DNA from: an uncultured Chloroflexia bacterium
GTDB taxonomy: Bacteria > Chloroflexota > Anaerolineae > JAAYZQ01
NCBI GenBank assembly: GCA_963700285.1
Contig: CAVOXA010000006.1
Span: forward strand, 64,001-128,000
Reading direction: 5' to 3'
Length of the DNA: 64,000 bases
Shown: positions 20,407 through 29,074 of the stretch, in pieces
How the letters are laid out: each line of letters starts with the position of its first letter
Numbering within the stretch: position 1 is the first letter of the stretch
Program-made: the position numbers and the translations under genes
The notes under the pieces: model-generated
Told to the model about the DNA's origin: nothing
What the model saw: the letters and a program-made list of their open reading frames with translations, nothing else
Database searches by the model: none

Positions 20407-21624
20407 CTCTCCGGACACCAGGCCGTACGTATCGCGGGCAATGGCCAGCTCTTCGTTGGTGGGTACGATCAGCACCCTGACCCTGGATTCCGGCGCCGAT
20501 GCCTCGACCATCTCGCCCGCCGCCCTGCGCGCCCGGACGCCCTCTATGCCCAAGAATTCCAGGCCCTGGCACGACCACTCGCATACCTCGCAAAAGTTTT
20601 CGCCCACGCCGCCGGTGAATACAACACAGTCCAATCCGCCCATCGCCGCGGCATAGGCGCCAATGTAGCGTTTGATGCGGAAGGTATAGTGTTTCAGTAC
20701 GAGCAACGAGCGCTCATAGTTGGGGTGCTGCGGGCCGGCGTGGATGGCCTCCTCAAAGACGCGCATGTCGCTGGACAGTTCTGACAATCCCAGCACACCG
20801 CTCTCCTTGTTCAGCAGGCGGTTGATGCCCGCCGCGTCCAGGCCTTCTTCATCCATCAAGAAAGGGACAATGGCCGGATCGAGGTCGCCACAGCGCGTAC
20901 CCATGACCAGGCCCTCCAGCGGTGTGAAGCCCATGCTGGTCATGATTGACTGCCCGCGCTCCACTGCCGTGATGCTGGCCCCGTTGCCCAGGTGACAGGT
21001 CAAGATCTTGAGCTCCGCCAGAGGCCGGCCCAGGTACTCGGCCGCTCGCTGGGCCACGTACTTGTGCGACGTGCCGTGGAACCCATAGCGACGGATGCCA
21101 TATTCTCTGTAAAAGCGGTAAGGCAGGGCATAGAGGTAGGCGGGAGGCTCCATCGTTTGATGGAAGGCCGTGTCAAAGACGGCCACCTGGGGCAGATCGG
21201 GCAGCAGGCTGCGAATCGCCTCGATGCCCTGGATGTTGGGCGGATTGTGCAGCGGCGCCAAGGGGACGTTGGCATAGAGAGCTTTCATCACCTCGTCTGA
21301 GATCAGGACCGATTCGGCAAACTGCTCGCCGCCATGGACCACCCGATGGCCGACGGCGTCCAGGTCTGTGCCTCTGGTCAGCACCCCCTGGTCGGGGTCC
21401 ACCAACGTGTGCAGCACCACCTGGATAGCGTCCTTGTGGTCCTGTACGGGCAGCGCTGACCTGACCCATTTCTCATGACCGGGCCGCCTGTGGGTCATGC
21501 AAGGACTGCCCAGCCCGACCTCCTCAACGAGACCACTGGCAAGCACCGTCTCCTCCCTACCCTCCAGGTCAAAGAGTTGGTACTTGACCGACGAACTGCC
21601 GCAGTTTAGAACCAGGATCTTCAT
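20398..21624 (-). CDS. ackA: Acetate kinase
   Basis: MKILVLNCGSSSVKYQL, GHRVVHGG, APLHNP, FDTAFH, YGFHGTSH, HLGNGAS, SMGFTPLEG.VMGTRCGD, FTGGVGEN, TNEEL.IA. Confidence 0.97.
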   Translation of the reverse strand: MKILVLNCGSSSVKYQLFDLEGREETVLASGLVEEVGLGSPCMTHRRPGHEKWVRSALPVQDHKDAIQVVLHTLVDPDQGVLTRGTDLDAVGHRVVHGGEQFAESVLISDEVMKALYANVPLAPLHNPPNIQGIEAIRSLLPDLPQVAVFDTAFHQTMEPPAYLYALPYRFYREYGIRRYGFHGTSHKYVAQRAAEYLGRPLAELKILTCHLGNGASITAVERGQSIMTSMGFTPLEGLVMGTRCGDLDPAIVPFLMDEEGLDAAGINRLLNKESGVLGLSELSSDMRVFEEAIHAGPQHPNYERSLLVLKHYTFRIKRYIGAYAAAMGGLDCVVFTGGVGENFCEVCEWSCQGLEFLGIEGVRARRAAGEMVEASAPESRVRVLIVPTNEELAIARDTYGLVSGEAR

Positions 21625-21856
21625 TGTAAAACCGCCTTGTTTACTCCTCTTGTCCATGGCTGTCATAGCCGGCTATGTACCGGGCCGCAGGAACCCGCTG
21701 CGGTCGCAAAAATGACTGTGTAGAAAAAGACAGAGGAACACCCGAGCTGGTACCTGGTCGCCAGCCTCTGGCCTTCCTCTGTCAGTGCCTGAGTTCCGCT
21801 GACGCCGTTGTCGCTTCCCTCTCGGCGCTATAGTCTGAAAAAGACTGTAACAAGTC

Positions 21857-21898
21857 CGATTGTGCGCAGAGTGTAGCACAATCGCCTTTGGCTGTCAA
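21857..21898 (-). promoter_or_regulatory. ackA promoter with overlapping palindromic operator
   Basis: Minus strand TTGACA(21898-21893)-N17-TACACT(21875-21870); inverted repeat CGATTGTGC-N10-GCACAATCG straddles the -10 box. Confidence 0.65.
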
Positions 21899-22098
21899 AA
21901 TCTCATTCCGGAAAAACCAGTGCCGAGTGGTATCACGCCACCGCTTGTGCCGGGCCAGGGCTGACCACGCATATAACAACAGATCTCAGGATTGAGCGGA
22001 TTCTTCGCATAGCCTAAGCTTTGTCAAAGAAGCTGTTGTTTTCCGTGATCTTTTGTTGTACTGACTATGCGAAGTGGCCGGCGGGCCGGCGCTTTCTG

Positions 22099-22791
22099 TC
22101 AGGCCGTTCTGTGCTGATCCCTGGAGGTCAGGGCCAGGTAGGAGACGAGAAGAATGGCGGCTGAAAGGACGGTGACGACCAGAGCCCGCGGGTGTTCCAG
22201 AGGATTGGCCACCCTCACGATAATGTCAGTCAGGACCGCATGGGGACGAAGAACGAGATCCCAACTGTTCCAGCGTAGGAAACGCCCCAGATAAACACCT
22301 ACCCCGGCCAGGCCCACCGCCAGCAGGACAAAGAGCCAGGCTGTCAGGGGGCCGCCATAGATCTGGACCAGCCGCTGCATCGTGCGCAGAGAGAACACGG
22401 CGAGGAACAATCCTGCCAGGGCAAAGACCACCAACAGACTGCTGTCGTACCACAGTGGGATGGGCGGCCGCTCCTGAAGATGCCAGATGTCGGTCAAGAT
22501 GTAGGGCGCATTGGGAAAGAAGGCCAGCCAGAGAAGCCCTGGCACAATCAAGCGCGGCCACTGGCGAGGGTGACTTTCGTTTAGCCTATCGGCCCACAGG
22601 CTGCTCCAGTACGGGATCCAGGCTAGAAAGAGGTTCCACGTCATAAAGACAAAGGTGGCGGACTGGCTGCGGTACATGCGCCCGGCCAGGAGCGCGGCGG
22701 CCAAGGCTGAGACCAGCACACTGGCATACACGGCATGGGCGACCATATAGTGGTGAAGCCGCGCTAGGCGGCCTGTCCATGTCTGCATCAA
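22099..22791 (-). CDS. DUF1361-family membrane protein
   Basis: WNLFLAWIP, WL.FFPNAPY.LTD..HL, G.YLGRFLRWNSWD. Confidence 0.9.
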   Translation of the reverse strand: MMQTWTGRLARLHHYMVAHAVYASVLVSALAAALLAGRMYRSQSATFVFMTWNLFLAWIPYWSSLWADRLNESHPRQWPRLIVPGLLWLAFFPNAPYILTDIWHLQERPPIPLWYDSSLLVVFALAGLFLAVFSLRTMQRLVQIYGGPLTAWLFVLLAVGLAGVGVYLGRFLRWNSWDLVLRPHAVLTDIIVRVANPLEHPRALVVTVLSAAILLVSYLALTSRDQHRTA

Positions 22792-23954
22792 GAATCTCCT
22801 TTGGCATCGATAACTCTATCATAGACGGCCAGAGTCTCGGCCGCGGCCCGAGACCACGAGAAGCGGGCCGCCTGCTCGAGACCAGCCCTTGCCATCTCGG
22901 CCCGCAGCCCGGCGTCAGCCCACACGTCGCGGATACTGGCGGCCATGGCGGACACGTCATAGGGGTCAAAATAGCGGGCGGCCTCACCGCCCATCTCTGG
23001 CAGACTAGCCCGATTGGAAGCAAGCACAGGCGTCCCACAGGCCATCGACTCCAACACCGGCAGCCCAAAGCCCTCGTAGACAGAGGGCATGACCGTGGCC
23101 GTCGCCGCGCCGTACATCACCGCCAGGTCGTCGTCGGGCACAAAGCCGGGAAAGTGAAACGCATCGCCCATCTCCAGCCCTTCAAGGCGCCGGAAGAAAT
23201 CATCGTACAGCCAACCCTTGCTGCCTACGATGACAAGAGGGATGTTCAGGCCAGCATCGCGCAGGGCCTTCAGCGCCTCTGCCAGCCGCGAAAGGTTCTT
23301 TCGCGGCTCGATGGTGCCGACGTGGATCAGGAACCGCTCTGGCAAGCTGTAGCGGCTGCGTACCTGCTCCACGGCGCTCTGGGCAGCCGGCCGGAACTCG
23401 GGTGAGGCCGCCTCGTAGACGACCGTGATCTTGGCCGGGTCCAGCCCATAGTCGGCCACGATGTCACGCTTGCTGGCCTGGGAAACGGTGATGATGGCAT
23501 CGGCCCGCCGGCAGTAGAGGGGCATGGTGGCGTTCAGATACCAGAAGTTGAGGCGCTTCTGATGCTGGGGAAAGCGCTTAAAGATCATGTCGTGGACGGT
23601 GAGTACCGTGGGCAGGTCGCCCAAGGGGGGTAGGAGATGCTCGGTGGCGTGAAAGAGCTCGGCATCGGGGATCAGCCGGTTAAAGCCCAGGCCGGAGAGC
23701 TGGCCCAGCCAGACCGCCATGCGCCAGGGCTTGTATCCGGCCCGGATCGTCCGGGCCGGCGCCTCTTCCAACGCCGCCGGAAGCGCCGTCTCCCGCCCGC
23801 GGTTGTAGAAAACAGCCACGCGCCCGGGCCGATGTTCAACCAGGGCGCAAGCCAGGCTGCCCGCATAGCGGCCGATGCCCGCCTTGCCGTGCACCGCCGC
23901 GGACACGTCGACGTAAATCACAATGCGCCTTGCCCAATGACCAACATGGGCCAC
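22788..23954 (-). CDS. Glycosyltransferase family 4 (GT-B); true start may be GTG near 23921
   Basis: GIGRY, TVHD, VGTIEPRKN, PS.YEGFGLPVLE.MACGTPV, FSW..AA..T. Confidence 0.95.
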   Translation of the reverse strand: MAHVGHWARRIVIYVDVSAAVHGKAGIGRYAGSLACALVEHRPGRVAVFYNRGRETALPAALEEAPARTIRAGYKPWRMAVWLGQLSGLGFNRLIPDAELFHATEHLLPPLGDLPTVLTVHDMIFKRFPQHQKRLNFWYLNATMPLYCRRADAIITVSQASKRDIVADYGLDPAKITVVYEAASPEFRPAAQSAVEQVRSRYSLPERFLIHVGTIEPRKNLSRLAEALKALRDAGLNIPLVIVGSKGWLYDDFFRRLEGLEMGDAFHFPGFVPDDDLAVMYGAATATVMPSVYEGFGLPVLESMACGTPVLASNRASLPEMGGEAARYFDPYDVSAMAASIRDVWADAGLRAEMARAGLEQAARFSWSRAAAETLAVYDRVIDAKGDS

Positions 23955-24038
23955 ATTCTACCACGCCTCGCGCCAGACGGCAACCAGAAAAGCACCCTGG
24001 TAACGCATCAATTTCGGTGGTAATGCCACAAAGCTAGG

Positions 24039-24073
24039 CTGTCATTCCCGCTAGAACCATGCGGACATGACAG
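24039..24073. repeat. Short family-A palindromic element
   Basis: CTGTCATTCCCGC...GCGGACATGACAG. Confidence 0.55.
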
Positions 24074-24176
24074 GATCTTGGATTAGCCTCCTGGTGCAAA
24101 CCCTTGCCCCCCTTTTTTGCCCCTGGCTTCCGATTGGGCTATAATGACCCGGATCCGGGAACGCCAGGGGGACAGA

Positions 24177-24866
24177 ATGCAGCTATCAATCATCATGCCC
24201 GTATATAACGAACAGGACACGCTCCGCGAGATCCTGGGCCAGGTCCGGGCCGTAGACCTTGCCGGCATCGACAAGGAGATCCTGGTCATCGATGACGGCT
24301 CCACCGATGGTACCCGCGCCGTCCTGGCGAATGAGGCCGAGCAGGGCGACTTGCGGGTGTTCTACCACGAGCAGAACCGGGGTAAGGGTGCGGCTGTGCG
24401 GACGGGCATCGAAGCGGCGTCGGGCGACATGCTGCTGATCCAGGACGCCGACCTGGAGTACGATCCTCGCGACTATCCCGCGCTCGTCCGGCCCATCGTC
24501 GAGGGACGCGTGGCCGTCGTCTATGGCAGCCGCTTTCTGGGCCCGCGCAAGGCCATGCTTTTCTGGCACATGATGGGCAACAAGTTCCTGACCCTGACGA
24601 CAAACATCCTGTACAACACCATTCTCAGCGACATGGAGACCTGCTACAAATGTTTCCGCGCTGACGTCATCAAGGATATCCCCTTGCGCTCCCGCCGCTT
24701 CGAATTCGAGCCCGAGGTCACGGCCAAAGTACTCAAGCGCGGCCACCGGATTTTTGAGGTGCCCATCTCTTACTATGGCCGCGAGTACCACGAGGGCAAA
24801 AAGATCACCTGGCGCGACGCGCCCCTGGCCTTCTGGACGCTGATCAAGTACCGGTTTGTGGATTGA
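24177..24866 (+). CDS. Glycosyltransferase family 2 (polyprenol-phosphate glycosyltransferase, DPM1-like)
   Basis: SIIMPVYNE, DDGSTDGT, NRGKGAA, QDADLEYDP, VYGSRF, DMETCYK, F.FEPE.T.K. Confidence 0.95.
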   Translation: MQLSIIMPVYNEQDTLREILGQVRAVDLAGIDKEILVIDDGSTDGTRAVLANEAEQGDLRVFYHEQNRGKGAAVRTGIEAASGDMLLIQDADLEYDPRDYPALVRPIVEGRVAVVYGSRFLGPRKAMLFWHMMGNKFLTLTTNILYNTILSDMETCYKCFRADVIKDIPLRSRRFEFEPEVTAKVLKRGHRIFEVPISYYGREYHEGKKITWRDAPLAFWTLIKYRFVD

Positions 24867-24998
24867 CCCTCAACCTCCCGCAGGTTCGGAACCTGCAGAG
24901 GTTGGAGGACCGGGCGTATAGGCCAGGCCCGCCCCCTGCTCAGCGCTAGACTGGGCTGGGGCGGGCAACGGCCACGCAGATCGTATACAGGCTCGGCG

Positions 24999-26549
24999 AT
25001 GCCAGACAATGCAAGCCCTACAGTGCACCGCAGCAGTGACGGATCCAGATTGGACCAATCTGGGGCGTGGTCTGAGCGCGTGCGGAGGCAGCCCTGCGTC
25101 TACCTCATGATCCCCATCCTCCTCTTGGGCCTGGCCCTGCGGCTGGCGCCCTGGGGCCAGAACCGGTTCCTGGAGGACGAGGCGCTCTATGCCTACTGGG
25201 GGCTGCAGATCGCCTCCGGCGCGGATCCCATGCTCGATCTGGAGCCGGTGGACAAGCCGCCGCTCTATCCCTACACGCTGGGGCTCAGCGCCTGGCTGCT
25301 TGGTCCCACAGAGACGGCCGCCCGCCTGCCCAGCCTGCTGGCCAGCCTGACCGGAATCGCTCTGCTCTACGCCCTGGCGCGCGAGATCTATGGCGACGTG
25401 CGGGTTGGCCTGCTGGCGGCGCTGCTGCTGGCCCTGTCGCCCTTTGACATCCTCTTTGCCTCGACCGCCTTTACCGATCCGCTGATGGCGGCCCTGGTGC
25501 TGGCGGCGCTGCTGGCCGCGGCCAAAGGGCATCTGGGCGCGGCAGGGGTTCTGGCGGCCCTGGCCGCGGCCGCCAAGCAGCAGGGGCTCTTTTTCCTGCC
25601 TTTGGTGGTAGCGGTGGGTTGGCTTTCGTCCAGATCAAGACTTCCAAAGTCTGCGCGGGGGCTTCCCTGGCTGCGCTTTGTGCTGGGCTTTGCCATCGTC
25701 GCGGCCGGGGCGATCTGGTGGGATCTGGCGCGGGAGCAGCGGCCCGGGTTCCTGGAACAGAGCTTGCTCAGCTACGGGGGCCTGGGTCCGGCCCAGGCCG
25801 CGGCCCTGGGCGAGCGCGCGGCCGGTTGGCTGGCCCTGGCCGTCGCTTTCTGGGGCTCGCCCTGGTTCAGCGCACTGCTGGCCGGGATCCTGGCCCTGTG
25901 GATCGGCGGCAGCCTGGTCACCGCGCGTATTTCGCGGCCACGTGCGGTAGATCTGGTGATGTTGGTCTTTGTTGTCACCTTCTTGCTGTTCCACTGGCTG
26001 GTCGGCTTCCAGGTCTGGGACCGCTACCTGCTGGGCCTGGTTCCGCTGGCGGCCTTGCTGGCGGCGCGGGCCATCGTCGCGCTGGGCGATGCCCTCGACG
26101 GGGCCACCTGGCGCCGGGCCTACGCCGCCGGAATCGGCCTGGCCCTGGTCCTGATGCTGGCCCGGCCGGTGTGGCTGGCAACCCAGAGCGAGCTGCCCCT
26201 GGGCGGCGACCACGGCGCCTACGACGGCATCGATGCGGTAGCAGCCTATATGCGCAGCGAAGCGCCGCCCGGTTCGGTCCTCTACCACTATTGGCTGGGC
26301 TATCACTACCGGTTCTACCTGAACGGCGCGCCCCTGCGCCAGCATTGGTATCCTGATCTGGAGGATCTGGCCCGCGACGCGACCATCTATCGCCGCGAGC
26401 CCAGGTATATCGCCTTTCCGAGCTGGCGCGACGGCGTCCCGGCGCAGGCCGCCCTGGCCTCTGCGGGCATCAACCTGGCGCCGGTGCTAGAGACCACCCG
26501 GCGCGACGGCAGCGTATCGTTTCGACTGTACCGCCTGGAAGGACCTTGA
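24999..26549 (+). CDS. GT-C fold glycosyltransferase (ArnT/PMT family 39-like)
   Basis: LALRL...DEALYA..., DKPPLY, ARLP, multiple TM helices, RYLL; true start may be nearer 25107. Confidence 0.85.
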   Translation: MPDNASPTVHRSSDGSRLDQSGAWSERVRRQPCVYLMIPILLLGLALRLAPWGQNRFLEDEALYAYWGLQIASGADPMLDLEPVDKPPLYPYTLGLSAWLLGPTETAARLPSLLASLTGIALLYALAREIYGDVRVGLLAALLLALSPFDILFASTAFTDPLMAALVLAALLAAAKGHLGAAGVLAALAAAAKQQGLFFLPLVVAVGWLSSRSRLPKSARGLPWLRFVLGFAIVAAGAIWWDLAREQRPGFLEQSLLSYGGLGPAQAAALGERAAGWLALAVAFWGSPWFSALLAGILALWIGGSLVTARISRPRAVDLVMLVFVVTFLLFHWLVGFQVWDRYLLGLVPLAALLAARAIVALGDALDGATWRRAYAAGIGLALVLMLARPVWLATQSELPLGGDHGAYDGIDAVAAYMRSEAPPGSVLYHYWLGYHYRFYLNGAPLRQHWYPDLEDLARDATIYRREPRYIAFPSWRDGVPAQAALASAGINLAPVLETTRRDGSVSFRLYRLEGP

Positions 26550-26571
26550 ATGGGAGATTGGGGATTGTAGC

Positions 26572-29074
26572 TTGGGTATCGAGGCGCTAAAGCGGCTGGC
26601 CAGTCCGGAATACCTGGTCGTGACGGAGCCAGGTCCCATGGGCGGCCTATGGGTGCTGTACTTGGCCTTGGGCCTGCTCTTTGGCGCCGGCCTGGCCTCG
26701 GCGCTGTGGGTTCTGCTGGAGCCCGGCCGGCGGCAGCCCTCCCTGGCGTTGCGCGCCTGGGCCTGGTTCGAGCTGTGGATTTGTCTCGCGGGCCTGGGCG
26801 CGGTGGCGGGACGCGCCCTGGGCTGGCCCGGCTGGTCAGCCCGCATCTGGCCCTACACCCTGGCCGCGCTGGCCGTCGCCGGGACGCTGGCCTACGGCTG
26901 CCGGAAGTTGAAGGTGCCAGCCTGGCTGGAGGACCAGCTCCGCGTCCTGGCCCTGTCCCCCCGGCGCCAAGCCCCCAACTACGCCGGTGCCGCGGCGCGG
27001 CAGGCAGACCACGGCGCGGCAGACCACGGCGCGGCAGACCGCGGCGCGGCAGACCATGTGGCCGCAGACACTCTGGCTCCTCCTGGGGCTGGCCGTACAC
27101 CTGGCCGGCGTCGCCTTTGTGCTCGGAGCGCGCTATCGCTGGCCGCTGTGGACCGCGCCCCTGGTGCTGCTGCTCCTCCTGGCACCGCAGGCGCCGCTCC
27201 TGCTCCACAGGCAGCGCCCGCGCCTCATGGCCCTCACCCCCCTGTTCGGCGCCTATGCCGCCGTGGCCCTATGGCTGCTGTACCGCCAGGCCGGCATCAC
27301 CGTCATTGGCTGGCAGGGACTGGCTTTTCCCAATCCGATGACCTCCCTATTCTACGCCGACGCCGTGGTATTGGCCTCCGTCGCCTACGTTCTGTTATGT
27401 CACCTCGGAGTTCTGGCCGCCGCCTTTGCCAACCGGGCGATCCTCTGGCGCGGCGCGGCGGTCGCCTTGCTGGCGGCCAGCCTGGCCTGGGCTGGGGTCG
27501 TCTACCTGGGCAAGCGGACCCACGGCGCCACGGCCAGCGACCCCTATGCCTACGCCCAGATGGGGGTCGATCTGGCCGAACGCGGAACCTTCCTCCACCG
27601 CCTCTCGCTCTTTGAGGAGGTGATGCCCCTGGGCATCGCCTGGGCTCCCCTGCAGCCGGTGGGCTATCACATTCCCCGCAACGAACTGGGCGACAGCCCC
27701 AGTGTGTGGGCCACCGGCGCCTCGGTCCTGCTGGCCCTGGGCTACCGGCTCCTGGGCGAGACGGGCCTGTATGTCACCACGCCCATCGTCGCCCTGCTGG
27801 CCCTGGGCGCCACCTGGGCGCTGGTTCAGGAGACGCTGCGGGGTAAAGCCCGTTCGTCCCGCTATCTCGTGGGTGCGCTGGCCGTGGCCCTCACGGCGAC
27901 CTCAACCGAGCACGTGGATCGACTGCTGGTACCCATGGCCGACGCCTCGGCCCAGCTTTTCACGGTTCTGACCCTGGGCTTTGCCCTGCGGGGCATGCAC
28001 CAGCTCCAGGAGCAGAGGCGCAGCGCCTGGTCCTTCCTGCTGTCAGGCCTCTGTTTCGCCTGGGCCTACTGGACCCGCCATACCCAGCTCGTCCTGATCC
28101 TGCCCGTGATCCTGGCCGCACTGCTCGGCACGTGGGCCACAGAGCCCAACCGGTCGAGGTCCTCACGCCTATCCACGGCGCTGCGCTCGCTGCTGCTCTT
28201 TTCCGGCGCGGCCCTTGTGGCCGCCCTGCCTGACATTGTCTATCGCTGGCGCAATTTTGGCGGGCCGCTGGCCACCGAGACCACGGAGCTGCCGCTGATG
28301 GCCCTGCAGCATATCGGGCCCGTGGCCTGGCAGATGCTGCGCGACGCGCTGGTCGCCGGGGAATGGGGTTATCTCTTTCCCCTGGCCGTGTATGGCGGCT
28401 ACAGGCTTGTCCGCGACCGGCGGCGCGAGGCCATTGTCCTGGGCAGCGCCTTTTTGGCCGTGCTTGTGGTCCACCTGACCTACCGATCTCTGCGCCTCCG
28501 GGATCTGATATCGCTCTTTCCCCTGGTGAACTTGGCGGTCGCCTACGGGGCCGTGGCGCTGGCGCGCTGGGCGCGGGGCCTGCTGCCCGGCCCGGCGCAG
28601 CGGGCGCGGCTGGGCCGGGCGATGCTGCCAGCAGCGGCCATTGCCTGGGTGGTCCTCAGCCTGGCGATGGCCCGTTGGGCCATGGTGGACAATGCCTGGC
28701 GGCCAGGCTGGGCCTCTTTTGGCTATATGCGAGCCGAGCAGCGCGCCGCCTTTGACCGGCTGGCCGAGCTGACGCCGCCCAATGCCGTCATCGGCGCCTC
28801 GCTTAACGCGGGGGCGATCATGTTGTATACTGGCAGGGACGCCATCCGGCCCTACGATAGCTGGACCGGCGAGGAGTGGGCCATCTTTCTACGCGCGATG
28901 CAGGACAGCGGCCGCCCCGTCTACCTGCTGGACGACGGTGATCTGATGGCCGAGTTCATCGACCAGGACCGCGGCCGCCACCGGCTGACGGCCATTGAAG
29001 AACTGGAGACGCCCTTGTTCTACACCCGAGATCGAGACACAGGCTGGCTCTATCGCCTGGAGTGGGGCGGATGA
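26572..29074 (+). CDS. Large polytopic membrane protein (GT-C-like), interrupted by one +4 frameshift near 27003
   Basis: Hydrophobic N-terminal part in frame 26572 and C-terminal part (SDPYAY, TM helices, periplasmic tail) in frame 26987; deleting a duplicated GCAG joins them. Confidence 0.7.
26992..27070 (+). repeat. 15-bp tandem repeat (RCGGCGCGGCAGACC) x4 plus a degenerate copy, in a coding linker
   Basis: Read directly; encodes RQTTA/RQTAA repeats; the first unit carries an extra GCAG. Confidence 0.9.

Noticed and set aside
21857-21884. Rex operator
   Set aside because: Arms and spacing (TTGTGC-N10-GCACAA) do not match the Rex consensus TTGTGAA-N4-TTCACAA; kept only as an unassigned palindrome.
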